This document shows positions 1 through 13,304 of a stretch of DNA of 64,000 nucleotides, in pieces. The stretch lies in NCBI GenBank assembly GCA_026023565.1, contig JAPETS010000044.1:62001-126000 (forward strand). The letters run 5' to 3'. Source of the stretch: Cirrosporium novae-zelandiae (Eukaryota). Below the pieces are notes generated by a model. The model did not search any database. It saw only the letters and a list, made by a program, of their open reading frames with translations, and was not told the origin of the DNA. Both the position numbers and the translations under genes were made by a program. The first letter of the stretch is position 1; every line of letters begins with the position of its first letter.

Positions 1-2235
1 TCTTTAATGCGAATAATTCTTCCAAAGAAGAAGCTAGCCAGTCCATTTTTTTTCACCAATATTAGATATAACGTAAAGAATAAATTATAATATTAGAAGA
101 CCGAGGTTATTGTAAAAACCTTTCCCAAGTTTTTAGTCAGCGTACTTTTGATTTTTTTTGCTCAAAGGACTTTCTTTCTTTTCGTTCCTCGTCCTCGTTA
201 TCCTTCCCCCCGCCAACCCCCGTGAGATATCGATGGTTTTTTTCTTTCTTTGCTAACCAATTCACAAAAAGATCACAGAGAATTGTCTCAAAGCGCCCCC
301 TTTTGGCTCCATTCTTGATATTCAAGCCCGTGCCACTAGGTAGGTCCTGATATTGTACTATTCTAAAAAGAACGTTTATTATTCTCACTAAGTTCATGAG
401 TTATTAATACCACGTGCATGGTAGCTCCTCCTCTCAGGCATGCCGTGTGAAGATTAGAATTTGTGAGCATCTCTTCCTCTGCTTTGATTGTAGGCCATAT
501 ATCTTTCAAGTGATCCACAAAGGAGTAGATGTTATGAAGGTTGATGGTAGAGTTACCCATAGTTTCGAATTCCACTATACCCTCCTTCGCTGTCGAAGGG
601 ACCCAATGTATCCTTGGAGCCCGAGACGCCAAGGACGGACATCGCGGAAGAAGATGGCGATGTCAGAAGGTGACGGGTTCGTTGTTTGGAGAGAGAGTCT
701 CTCGAAGCAGAGGGTTGACCCCATTTCTTTTTTTGGGTCTCAGCCTGAGTTCTTCGAGTTGTGGGTGTCGCGCTTGATCTGGAAGTAGTTGAGATTTGTA
801 GTTGAAGTTTAGAATTTGTACACTTCTTGCTTAACAAGCCTGTGCAAAGCTATAAAAAATTCAAGCGAGCCAGAATCTTTCCCTTTAAAAGTTTGACTGT
901 GTAGGTAGAGGATTCAATACCTTGGATCGGGGGGGGTGGGCGTTTTTTTGTTCCTATAATTGTGGTTGAAGTTGTAAAAGCATGGTATAGTGCCTAAATA
1001 AACCTAGACATCAATACACTGTGGTTGTACATTTTAATCCTAAAGGAGAGGGTCAAATGATAGATAGTTCCTGAGAATAGTCTCCATCTAAAAGGCACAC
1101 CTTGCCAGCAGTTAAAGGTCTCGTAATTTCAGCCTTGGTTCTGGAACCCATGAAACAATAATTCTTGGTTTCGCGCACTTTAATTCTAGGGGGAAAATGT
1201 GGTCTGAAAGGAGGGAAGGCAAAGACTGAATCAAATGTATGGTAGCCTCTAAAACATATTATCCATATAATAAATTAACGGTGGTGGTAGTGAGGGATTA
1301 GCCAAATGAGAGTAGGGATGGTTCAGGGTAATTAGGGTGAAGGTATATATAGGCTCGAAAGCAATATTCATCAACTCATTCATGGTAAACCCCCTGCTGA
1401 CGCAGAACCTTTGTAGCATCCTACGTTATCCTTTGTCCTTGGATTATTGAGGGCCGCGAGAGCTCAAAAAGGTTTTGCCGTCCGATTTCATTTTTTTCAG
1501 TGCATGGTCTAGAGCTATATACCACAATTCGAATAAAATATCCCCGCGCGCGTGTGTGTAATGCTTTGCAATCAAAACAGACCCCTATATTTCCGGATTG
1601 TGGTAGGCAACACTAAAAAATTCGATTTAAGGTTAACTTCCTTAGTAGAGTGAATTTTTTGGCAAACTAGGCCTCACAGGTTTGATCTCTAAAGGCCGTT
1701 GCTGCGTAGGTGTGGTTTCTTCTTCTTTTTGATTGTAAAAGAGAATGAAATTGATCAACCGAAGCTTGCGGTGAAAGTATATTCTTTTTTATAAATGCTC
1801 TAGCCCCTGTAAACTCTTGTGGAGGATCAGGAGTTTGACTGTTGAGAATCGCTAATAACTGGTTGTTTACCCTTCAATTTTTTCCTATAATTTTATTGGG
1901 GGGTCCTAGAAGGTATAATTTGCTAACCACCACAAAGGTTTGGAATCACAATTCTTGGGCGAGACTTGAATCTATAAAGAGCTCGCCTGTCTTGCTTGAA
2001 AAAAAAAGGTTGGGTATAGGATGGGATTGGATTATTCTATTGAAGGAGGTTGTTCAGGATGTGGTTTGTTGAGTTATCAAAGGGTGATTGGGTTATTGAG
2101 TAACCTATAGTAGTATTGCATGTTATGTTGAGCATGGTGCAGTAACTCAACATGGTTGGATACGATCTCGAGTCGTTGGAGGGTTCGGGATGGTGGGTAA
2201 ATGGGGCATGGTTGTTGTAGGATAAGATAATATGT

Positions 2236-5200
2236 TTAGGATAGGTAGTGGGAGGGTTTTGTGGTTCGTACTTGGAAACTCCGGAGAGGATGCAAATGAG
2301 TAAATGAATAAATATAGGTGGAGGGCTTAGAGGGGGCTGTTTCTGCCTTTTTGATGTGTTTTTGGAGTAATATTTGAGTGGATGTCTGTTTCAACTCCAG
2401 AATTTTCGTTATTGTCGTTGCTCTGAACTCAGTCAGATCTTCTGCTGGGTGATTGTTCTGTAACGCTTTGGAAAGCTTCTCGTAACTCATCTGTGTTTCT
2501 TCTGGCAGCCCCATAATGAACCTCCATGGATAAATTTTCTGGTCCGCATAATTAAGAACCAGGAGAGCCACCTGATGTTTCACATCTCGCAGTCCGCGGC
2601 AGTCGTTTTGTGGTCCAGTTTCAATTTTGTTTATATAATATCGTAGAAATGACAGACATCTCTTCGATATCGTTCGCGTCCATCTTGAAACAATAAGTTG
2701 AAGTTTGTCAATAAAAACCAAGGTAAGGTTTTGAGGTAGGTATCAAACAACTCCTGGAAGCTTGGTCTACTGTTAATAATTGATATGATTGTCCAATAGC
2801 CGAAAAAAGGTTGTTGCCAGTATTCTTTATCTGCTGTTGATTTCTTTCTTTCTTCCGTTTTAGAGTTATTTGTACGTGTGTGTCCTTTGCATTAAGGGTA
2901 GAGTTCCGTCGACGGTTAATGAAAAGGACAAAAGGAGCTAGGAAATAAAAAAAGGTACAGAGGTGAAACATGAAAAGGGGTGGAAAACAAGACATCCTTG
3001 GTGTAAAACTCGTGTATAACTTTAAATATATATAATGATAGTAGTTTGTAAAATCTTCGTAGTCGGTGCAATGATAAATCCTTTCCATGAGGTACATTAA
3101 TTCAGGCCGGTCAAAAGCATTATTATGTGATAACTTGTTGGTTGGGCTACTAGACGTCGTTGCAGACTTCAAACTATTTGCTAGTTAACCATTACGGGAC
3201 TGTCCAACGGCTGTATTTTTTCGAGCTACTGTATTGTCTGAGTCGGTATATTAAAATTTGAAGAGATCCATCTGTTCCACAAACACAACTGTAAGCTATT
3301 TCAGTCCCTTATGATAAGTTCCTGAAGAAACTATGTTTCAAAGACAGGTCTCTACATGTCGAATCTTGGTATTGTGTTCATGTGGTTGGATAACAATCTT
3401 GGGAACAGAGATTAACTTCATATAAAGACTTACCATTGGTAGAGGTTGAAAAGTGACCCCAGAAAGGAGAGTGGCCTTGATATGCTGCCCATGATCCAAA
3501 AGTAAAAAAGGGTTCACGACACCGAGTGAGCATGACGTTTGCTCGATTCTTTAACCCCATGAACTTTGGTTTGTCAGTATTCACAAGAGAGATAATGGTG
3601 ATGATATTTTCATCACCTTGAGAGCTATCCACAGTTTTAGCTAGGACATGATCATTGTCGTTATCTTCGTCGTCGCAAGACTTTCCTTTTATAGCTTTTT
3701 TCGTCTCAATCGATTTGCGAAACAAGGTGCACCGCTACCGTATCGGTTTTGACTGATTCCATATTTCCGAATACAGATGAAGATAGTATTCGTCCTCTGT
3801 TTTCAAGATATGTTGTATAAAAGGAAGAAGACACATGGACTAGGTGTACTAGATAGATCTAGGATTTCCAAATACTATAGAACAGACGATGTTAATATTG
3901 TCAAAAGTCTCCTTTTGGAACAGAAAGCATATTATCAAATTATGAGATTGGTGTTTTTGAAGTGAAATTATTGACTTCTTTCCTTGGATAATATAGCTGT
4001 TATCTTTGTGTCCTGGCTTTGTTACAACATAGTAATTGTTCATGCAGAAAATTGTTTCAGACTTTTAAAGGGATACTATGTGAATGAGACCTGGCGTAAG
4101 AGGTTGGTCGGCTAGCATAGGGTGACATTTTGATATATAGGCTTCTTGAAGTCTTTGGCGGTGCGCTGAAAATTGATCTCAACATCACAACTTCAAGCTC
4201 ATATTCATTCCTAGACCTTAGGGGGATTATCTATGGAGTTGTGCATATATAGTATAATGGATAGTTTGAATATGACTTATTTTCTATTCTTGAAGTTGTT
4301 AAAGTGGTCGACAACTCGTCTTTTTTACTTGGTTGCTGTCTTGATGTTATTGCTCAGCTAGAAGGACTTGGCGCTTCTCTGAGTGCAAAATTCCTGAAGA
4401 GGCTAGAAATTGAAGTTATAGTTATGATCAAGATTGGATATTAAAGACGCTTAGCCTAATGTGTTGTCATCAAGTATTTGGATAGCTCGCGTTCTTAGAA
4501 AGGTTCATAGAATTCAGGGGTATAAACGAACTCTTTAACAATTAAAAAGAGTAGGCCAACCAAATAGGACTAGCTGCTGAATCTGTATCCTATGCTCTTA
4601 GCCCATTCGGAATAGAGAATTGCAATATATTAAGGATCGTCTTCTGGTTCGTAGAACAAATAAATGATTTAGAGGCATTCTTAACTGAAGTAAAATTCTT
4701 TATTGTTCTCGGCTGGCTAAACAAGTGTGACTGGTACTATAAAACTAAAGAAATTTTGAGCATCAGAAATTTTTTGAATGGTGATAAGTGGGCTTGGGAC
4801 TGGCTTTGCCACGGACATGAAGGGACTAGAGGGAATGGAAACAGCTGCTCCAGTCAGGAGTTCGTTCTCTTTGGACTGTCGGGGAGTAATAAATGGTGCA
4901 GATAATTTAGTTTCTGTGCCAGCAAAGTTTCCTAAGAATGCCAGCCCAGAGGTAGCACTTCTGTCAGTCTTGCGGCAAAAAGATATGATAGCATCATTGA
5001 GTCGATAGCCTACCTACCTAGGTAGTCAAAAATGCTGTGTTAACCAATGTAGAAAAATTGAAAAGGGGAAGCTTTAGGCTTATAATTAGGATTAATGGTA
5101 AGGAACTTGTTGGCTTCCTCTGTTGGATAGTTTAGTATATTTTTTGGCATATGGGCCGAATATTCAGTTGGATCATTTGTACTACCTGAAGACGCTTTCA

Positions 5201-7756
5201 CTGACTAACAGCATCTCTACCTCAGTATCCAAGAACCGGACCTCAAAACTGATCTGATGGTGGTTCTCTTCTCCAGTCAATCCTTGGTAATAGTGAGGCC
5301 ATTAAATAGTCGATTAGTTCGTATTATCCACCATCCTTTTTTCTCCACATGCGGGTTCGAACATAATTTTTTACACTTATAGTACTCGCTTCCATAGATA
5401 AGATGCCGACTTTCTGGGATTAGAGTTTAGCGTGGGCTTGTAAAGGATAGATGTTGGCATATGCTCCGCCTTCTTAGCTTCACGACGGTAGAGATATCAC
5501 TCTCGGAGGGAATGCTCGTGGCTGAACCGAAGCATATGGATAAAGCATTTTCTTCCAAAATTAAAAGTATAAAGTGATGTTCTTGATAACAATATTGGTA
5601 ATGCATCAATTCCGGAAACTGGTAACTTTGTAAACATTGCAATACTTGACACTGGAGACGTGTCAAATCAAACATCAAGGTCCTCGGCCAAGTTCATGGG
5701 GCTTACTGTTATTCTATCATCTGATTTGTTCTATATCTCTGTCCATCCGCTTATGGATGGTGCAAAGTACGCCTGAAAAGTTTAATGTTCCTTAACTATT
5801 TGAAGATACCCTGTCAGAAGTTTATAATAGGCTTAGGATCTTTATCATTTATAGTCTCTCTAGGTAAACCTCAATCTGCTTCTCGCAACAATGTTGGTGA
5901 AACGATATTTAGCCTGGATGTATGCTGTCGTATAAATGTATAGCAAATATTACAAAGAAGAAAATACATGAACTGAGGCGGGTTGATGGGGGATTATATG
6001 CGTGCAAGTATAGACAAGATTAGTGAATACAAAAAAGAAAAAAGGTAGTTTTTGAAAATAGAGGACGGCATAACATGGTGCATAATAGAGATTCACCCAA
6101 GGCCATGCAAAGGCATGGCTACAAAGTAAAATAATGAATGGAGTTGAGGGGAAACTGCTCTAGGCTCCACGTAATTCACTAGAGTGGATGTACAATGGTA
6201 GATGTTCGAAAGAAATTTTCATAGCAGTTGCTATCATTGAAAGGTCTAGGAATAATATAGTTTCTCGGAACTTAGATATGATAGATATAATAACAAAGAA
6301 TTACAAGGATGTAAAATACCAGAAACATTCAACGACGACGAGAAGTGAAGAAGTTGTTTAGTGGATTGCATGAAAAAATCAATTTCTAATGTAGAGTGCA
6401 CTAATCTATGTTAGGACTAGTGTCTTGGTAACTGATAAATGGCTTTTGTCCTTGGAAAAATCTGCAACGTACTGGAGCAACCTGCGTTGACGCAAAATGG
6501 ATATTGACAACATAACGGTTCTTTCCTTCCTCGACCTTTGTAGATGATTGATGCTTTAATTTGCATTGGAGTTACCCTTAATCTCCAGCCACATCATCGT
6601 TAGTCTTTGCATCACAGCCATGTTCATGAGCTTGGTTTTCTCATCCATATCCTTCAATTTTCATTCCCGCTGTGTTCGTTGAATATAGTTCTTCCTCCAC
6701 TCTCTTATCCCAGACATTTATAGCATGATGCAAGATTCTCTCTTTTTTGCTTTCTTCCATTTCTACCCCATAAGCTTTCGCCCAACGTGCTAGCTGCACA
6801 ATGTTGTGTGTGTGATAGAGTTGTAGCTTGGCGTAAGATGACCCGAAAGGTAGATTGAAGTCTTTTGTGAATGTCTCCTGGCTGATCTCGAACATTGCTG
6901 TTCGGAAAATTGGTAGCGAGTTGGAGAAAGAAAGATAATCTTTCGATAGATTGGGGTATATGAGCGAGTAGAGGCCTTCTTCAATCGAGCCGTCGTGATG
7001 AGGGGTTTCTGGGTCATTTCTATGTTGAAGACATTCCACGATGGACTGCTAACATTAGCCTTCCAACTCTCGATGGAAGAGCCAATAGGTTATGAGCGTC
7101 TGAAGATAGCAAGCTCAACTGCCAAGATATGACGAGGAATTCTAGTTAGAGGGTCCTCTGAGCTGGCGTAACGGTCTGTGTTACCCTAATAAGTATTAAG
7201 AGACGGGCTATCATGCTCTAGAGAATCAGGGCAGATTCTAGTATAGATAGTACTTGCATGTTTCACAACGTTTTCTTCAACTTTCAGTCCAAACTCCACT
7301 GCCTTCTCAACAATTTGCATGAAATTTTTATGCGTAACCTCCTCAATTTAGAGTTTTTCGGTGCTCTTGTATAGCATATGCGATAAAGCTGTCCCTGCTA
7401 GGAACTAAGTGAACCCTTGGATACGGTATTCATAGCTAGCTGGAGTAAGCCTGCTACGCTGCGTCGATTTTCTCATATCATTTTCGGCGTCGGCGTGACC
7501 CCGAGTGACCCAACTTGGAGCATTGGATTTTGATCCCTTTGTTGACGAGGAAGCCTCTTCACTGGGGTTACTTGGAGAAGTATCAATACCACCAAGCCTA
7601 ATGGTTTTGCGACGCTTCTTTTGATCGGCCTTGCACTTACGTTAACGCTGCTTTTTCTCTTCAGCCTTGTCAATCTTACTTGCTGAGTTGTCCAAGTCTG
7701 AAATGGCTGCAATAGGAACGCTATTGTTCGTTTCGGTCACTCGTCTGAGTGCTCAT
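2236..7756 (-). pseudogene. Decayed Upf1/DNA2/NAM7-like superfamily-1 helicase gene (multiple stops and frameshifts); outer boundaries approximate
   Basis: ORF fragment 3378-3725 reads TVDSSQGDENIITIISLV...KNRANVMLTRCR, matching the C-terminal SF1 motifs TVDxxQGxE and NRxNVxxTRA. Upstream in the right order, manual translation shows a degenerate Walker A-like LGNFAGTETK (~4905-4935) and FLHEQ...QLYYP (~3980-4050). Other coding-like fragments lie at 2236-3172 and 6641-7039, interrupted by TAG/TGA stops. That all fragments belong to one gene is an inference. Confidence 0.55.
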
Positions 7757-8352
7757 GATTTCGATGGCCGAATCTGATATTTCGGGATTTGGGAGAAATA
7801 GTTAAGATTAGGAATAGTAGAACCAAAATTTCAAGAGAAAATGGAAAGACGAAAATAAGATAAAAGTAAAGAGCAGGCTAGGGTGACTGAAAGCTGGAGA
7901 CGATGTTCAAGTGAGATGAGCTTTGAGGTTTTAGTTCTTGGTAGGCCTATGAGGAACTGCTGAGGAACTATTGAGGATTGTAAGAGGAAGGTTCTAGAGG
8001 TGGATTAAATAGCCACTGGTATATTTCCGGAAGTATAGATAGCTATTCCCATACTGTATTTCCAAACTAGATATAAACCTTGAATTGTTGATATTGGGGT
8101 GTATCTTTCTCGCCAAAATTTTGATGGTATTGGAAATTTTGGTTAAAGGTATGTTGATGGCCATTTTATTCGACTTTCCATATAAATCGAGAATTGAATT
8201 GGGCATAATTCAAAACATTGGTAGGGACCCAGGTGCCGTCGATTTGCCGAATGGGTTGATTATGTACTACTTTGACAAGCCATTCCCCAACCAACCAACG
8301 GACAGCAAAACCGTGAGTTCACCCAGTGAACTAAACCGTGCACACAAGACCC

Positions 8353-8445
8353 GCAGCAATAGCTCAGCTGGGAGAGCGCCAGACTGAAGTCCTACTTCGG
8401 TTTGCAAAAATCTGGAGGCCCTGTGTTCAATCCACAGTTGCTGCA
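8353..8445 (+). tRNA. tRNA-Phe(GAA) with a 20-nt intron (8390-8409)
   Basis: Acceptor stem GCAGCAA/TTGCTGC, D-arm GCTC..GAGC, anticodon stem CCAGA/TCTGG with CT-GAA-G, intron after position 37, T-arm CTGTG-TTCAATC-CACAG. A T-run terminator follows at ~8488-8512. Confidence 0.97.
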
Positions 8446-10203
8446 ATCGCAATGATTGAATTCCGATAACGGAGTTTCAATAGCAATTCTTTTTTTTTCT
8501 CTTTCCTTTTTTTGATGTGGAGAATTTGTTGTGTGGGTAAGGTGGGGTAAATTAAAGCGGGGACGCAAATGAACACTTTGTGGTGCCTGAGGCAGAATAT
8601 TATTTATTTTGTGTTCCCAGGTTGTACAAAGTAAAACAATCGTAGATCTAGAAAGTCATGCTCCAAATAATGGTAACCCTCTAATGCAGATTGAAGCTGT
8701 AACTTAGTGTGTAACCTATGCAACTCAAGATGAAGACTTTTCTAATTGTAGATGGGCGCTAATTGGTTTCATGAGATTTGAGCGGGGGATATTTGATTGG
8801 CCGAGAAGTTGCCGGTTGGATAGCGTCATGTGACTCATCTCTGGGAATTGATTCTTAGCCACTTGTGCCATTGAACGAACAAAGTTGATGTTGTGTTTCG
8901 TCCCAATGTGTCACAGAGGAAATGTATGGATCTGCAGGCACAGCAACTTTCCCGTGGTTTCCGGCCACATCGTCACGGCTGAGCTTGGACTATTGAATAT
9001 TAAATGTATAGATATTCCAAGTACAGCACAACAAATATTGTTGTCATCTTTTATTGTATTCAGCTGACAGTCTTCAAAGTTGAACTGAGTACCTGGGTAC
9101 CTAGGTAGTTAACTAAATACCTTCTATAATAATCAGATAGGCGATGAAGGAATAATTATCACAAACGCCAGAATTTAGATTGAATTTGGTACATGCCTGT
9201 ACTGTACAGTACAGTACATGTACATATTAAAGTCCATGCATAGCATCTGCCGAAGATTCTGCAGGAAAGTAGGGTGTGGAGACAGATGACGGGGTATCAA
9301 GCTTGTTTTCACGGCGTAAAAAACCTGCAAGGAACCGACACCATCTTTCGAGAATAAAGCAGGGTGCATCTCCCACAGAAGATTTGGAAGAGATGGATCA
9401 CCTTCATCTGCTCTTCTGTGTCCCCTTGTGGCAGCCTGCAGCCTGTGTATATGAATTCTTGTGTCTGGTCGGATTGTTGGCTTCTGATGTTCAGAGGCTA
9501 AGAACCGTTCCCTGGGCCATTTGGTTCTATCTTGGGTTCGAGCATCGTCGCATGTCAAGTCGTTTATTGAGAGCAGATTCTTCAGACAAACTTCTAGAAC
9601 CGTTGGCTGCTAGCTGATGGGGAAGTGGCATCTGTAGACCAATCCTTATCCTTTCTTTCTTTCATCTTCTTCCAAGTCAAGCCTAAACAAAGAAACGACT
9701 GGATCTGAAGCACTCCCAGGTGGATGGGCTTGATACCAGCGTCTATTTTCGGAACACCAAAGACAAAGAAACATCCGCCATATCTCATAGCCATAATTGC
9801 GACATGGAATTCTGAAACATTTCTTAAATGAAAACCCTTGTTTGGGATCCAGCTGTTATTATTGTGGCTGTTCATTTGGACTGGCCGTATCTTTGTAAGT
9901 ATCTTATTGTCTCCATTGTCCACCTCCCTCTCCATTGACCATTCGCCCAACACTTCAACTATTCACTACTCACATGAACATTTTTCTTTTTTTCATTGTT
10001 ATCATCGTGAACTTCTTTTAACTATTCTTTGCCATTCACCTCGTTGTTCTACTAGAATACAATAGAAGGCAACTTCAACATTCGTTAATATTCTAATAAT
10101 TTCTCTTGACCTCCCCCCAATACTTTGAAACTTCGATCATTTACACATAGACGGCTCGACGCTTCAACTTCTATTGTATATTTCAAAATTTATCTTTACT
10201 AAA

Positions 10204-12489
10204 ATGTCACCGCTGGACGGTATTAGACGTCTCCTCTTCTCCACCACCGAAATGTCGGCCACTAGAGATCCTCCTCATCCCCCGACTTTTCCCGCTATCC
10301 CTCCTTCCTTATCTGCCGGCGACCAAGGGGCCCGAGATTACTATGCAGAGAATGCTGCGCCGCGAACTACGCCCAATACTGCACCAAGTATAACTCCATA
10401 CCTTGGCCTTCGATCACGCCTGTCACAAGTTTGGATTAACCGATGGACCATACTCCTTCTTTTGGTCCTTGCCAGAACTCTCCTCGCTATTTCTGGACTG
10501 AACAATGATCTCGCCTCCGCAAAGAGGGAAGCTCTTTCTGCCTGTACCTCTGTCGAGGATGTTGGTAGCACCATGGCATCGATGCCCCATTACATGGCAG
10601 ATGGTGTCAACGCGCTTACGGCGAAAGGCATCGAAAAGGGTGCCAACGGTCTGATGTCAATGCTCCTTTTGACTGTTACCGGTGTCGAAGAGATTGCTAT
10701 ATTCGTTATCAACATGATGACCCAAACCTACGTTTGCTTGATTACTCTCGCTATCACTGGGAGCTTGCACGTTGCGTTGAAGGTGGTAGAAGATGCCACT
10801 AGCTTTCTCAACAAGACACTGGGTGACATTGGAACTGATATTCATGATTCAGTCAATACTTTCCAGACGGACTTGAATAAATTCGTGGATGCCCTGAACA
10901 GCGTTCCTGAGGTCTTTGGAAGCTCAGCCTCCATACCAGAGCTTAATATCAACTCCTCTCTCAACGCGCTCGACACCCTTTCACTTCCGTCGAGTTTGAA
11001 TGAAGGTCTCGGCGATCTAAATAGCTCCATCCCAACCTTTGACCAGGTCAACAACTTCACCCAGGATGCACTTCGATTCCCATTCGAGGCTGTCAAGACC
11101 CTTATCAACGAGTCCATGGTCAAATACACGTTTGATGACTCGGTCCTCCCAGTGCCTCAGAAAGAACAGCTAACCTTCTGCTCCGACAACAATGCCATAA
11201 GTAACTTCTTTGATGAACTTGCCAACCTGATTTACCTTTTCCATAAAATATTCATCATTGTACTGGTTATTCTCGCGGTACTCGTTTGTATCCCAATGGC
11301 GTATCGCGAAATCCGACGTTGGCGCATGATCCAACAACGTGCCCGTCTTGTCGAGCAGAATCAGTTTGATTCTCTCGATGTTATCTACATTGCGTCTCGC
11401 CCTTATACTAGCCATGCTGGCATGAAGGTAGCAAGTAAAATGAGCACACCAAAGCGCAAGACTTTGGCGAGATGGGTTGTTGCATATGCTACATCTTTAC
11501 CGGCTCTATTCGTTCTCTCCCTCGGCATCGCTGGTCTTTTCGCCTGCCTGTGTCAATATATCCTTCTCAAGGGAATTGAGAAAGAAGTTCCGGCACTGAC
11601 TAGTGAAGTCGGCGATTTCGCTGACAAGGTTGTTAACGCTCTCAATAACGCTTCTGAACAATGGGCTGTGGGAACCAACAAAGTGATCGCATCGACAAAC
11701 AGTGATATCAATAACAATGTATTCGGCTGGGTCAATACCACCACGACTGCGATCAATGATACGCTTAATACATTTGTTGACGATATGACCGACGCACTCA
11801 ACATTACGTTTGGCGACACCATTCTTTACGACCCAATATTGGAAGTCCTGAACTGCCTCATTCTGCTCAAGATTAAAGGTATTGAGAAGGGATTAACTTG
11901 GGTTTCCGATAATGCTCAAGTAAACTTCCCAACCCTTCCCAACAATACATTCTCCATTGGCGCCCTATCGTCTCTCGATGGCGATGACTCTTCAGCTGAT
12001 GCTCTTCTTGCCGACCCGACAGGCGAAGCGACCGATAAAATCACTGCAACCGTTACACGGGTTGTAGACAATTTAACCAATGCTATTCGCACCGAGGCTA
12101 TCATCTCTAGCTGTCTAGTTTTGGCTTGGGTTATCATGGTAATCCTCGGCATCCTTCGCGCCTGTTGGCTGTCTACGAGAAGAGACAAGACGCGAGGAGA
12201 AGGTGGACCTAGCTATGTGATGAATGACATGCATCCTCAAGGTCATGGCGTTGCTGTAGAAAGAGCGTTTTCACCCAGCCCGCGATATAGTCAAGCCATC
12301 GCATCAGACAAACCAAGAGTTGGTGTTCACAGTGATTACTTCCCCGGTGCAGAAGTGATTGATGATGATGAGGACATATGGCAGGACCAAAAATTAGGGT
12401 TTGCTGGACAGAGAAATGACGCCACACAACGATCAGGCCATGAGCGCGTTAGTTCTCATGGTGAACTGGGCGGGTGGGAAAAGCATTGA
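10204..12489 (+). CDS. PRM1: Plasma membrane fusion protein Prm1 (pheromone-regulated multispanning membrane protein)
   Basis: Intronless ~760 aa ORF with the Prm1 hallmark TPYLGLRSRLSQVWINRWTILLLLVL, ACTSVE..GSTMASMPHY, several TM segments and N-glycosylation-rich loops. Start could be 10204 or 10252. Confidence 0.93.
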   Translation: MSPLDGIRRLLFSTTEMSATRDPPHPPTFPAIPPSLSAGDQGARDYYAENAAPRTTPNTAPSITPYLGLRSRLSQVWINRWTILLLLVLARTLLAISGLNNDLASAKREALSACTSVEDVGSTMASMPHYMADGVNALTAKGIEKGANGLMSMLLLTVTGVEEIAIFVINMMTQTYVCLITLAITGSLHVALKVVEDATSFLNKTLGDIGTDIHDSVNTFQTDLNKFVDALNSVPEVFGSSASIPELNINSSLNALDTLSLPSSLNEGLGDLNSSIPTFDQVNNFTQDALRFPFEAVKTLINESMVKYTFDDSVLPVPQKEQLTFCSDNNAISNFFDELANLIYLFHKIFIIVLVILAVLVCIPMAYREIRRWRMIQQRARLVEQNQFDSLDVIYIASRPYTSHAGMKVASKMSTPKRKTLARWVVAYATSLPALFVLSLGIAGLFACLCQYILLKGIEKEVPALTSEVGDFADKVVNALNNASEQWAVGTNKVIASTNSDINNNVFGWVNTTTTAINDTLNTFVDDMTDALNITFGDTILYDPILEVLNCLILLKIKGIEKGLTWVSDNAQVNFPTLPNNTFSIGALSSLDGDDSSADALLADPTGEATDKITATVTRVVDNLTNAIRTEAIISSCLVLAWVIMVILGILRACWLSTRRDKTRGEGGPSYVMNDMHPQGHGVAVERAFSPSPRYSQAIASDKPRVGVHSDYFPGAEVIDDDEDIWQDQKLGFAGQRNDATQRSGHERVSSHGELGGWEKH

Positions 12490-13304
12490 ATATGATTTCA
12501 GTTGATTGATTTTATGATGAATTGGTACAGGATAGCAGGGATTAATTGACATTATGATAAACTGGGACAGGTATCCCAAGGGGACTATGATGGTTAGGTC
12601 AATGTGCTGCGTTTTTGCGACCATATCTTTGCATCAAGGATGGAGTCTTGGGTTGAGATTATTCTATCATTGGAAAGGTCAAAGTGCAGCAGAACACGCA
12701 TCTCAGTTTGATGGAAGCTTGAGGATTGGATAACACTGACGGTCAAGTCACCCATTTTGTAGGAATCTAGGAATCCACTCCTTTCAACTGTCCAGGCTGC
12801 TAGGGAGCCAGGCTGGAGAACCATAGCTGATTTAGATACAATCAAATTGAGGTCTATGATTCTCCAAACTTTAATTCTGTTTTATTTGTTTTGATTGTTT
12901 CATATTGATAATAAAGCATAGAAAGTAATTTTATTCTGCATGAAGATGTTGGTGTTTTGTCGAAAGGAGCTTTAGATAGTCCAGGGGAAGGTTGATGACG
13001 CCACTCGCCGCTTGTTACTGTTAGAGATCTCCGCATCCATGTCAACAAATGTCGCTACTTCCGCCCAACAACAACATTGGTTCATCCCATCTCCTCGCGC
13101 ATCTGTACGTTGAGCTTTATTCGTCCTTATTTCACTCGTCCTGAAGGCTCCTTAAAATATCTAAATCTAAAGTTGCTACCTGATAGTAAGTTGGGTTCCA
13201 ATTCTCCACCGTCACCCCGTTAACAGAGGAATGTATGTAGATTCCAAGCAACGCCCCAACAACTCCTGCAAAAGCACAAAAGCCCTTGGGAAATATCCAA
13301 ACAG

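Noticed and set aside
137..840. Overlapping short ORFs at the window start
   Set aside because: Fragmentary and without recognisable motifs; may be part of the decayed block but cannot be assigned.
8900..10100. Several 60-130 aa ORFs upstream of PRM1
   Set aside because: They overlap on both strands with no motifs; probably promoter/UTR sequence.
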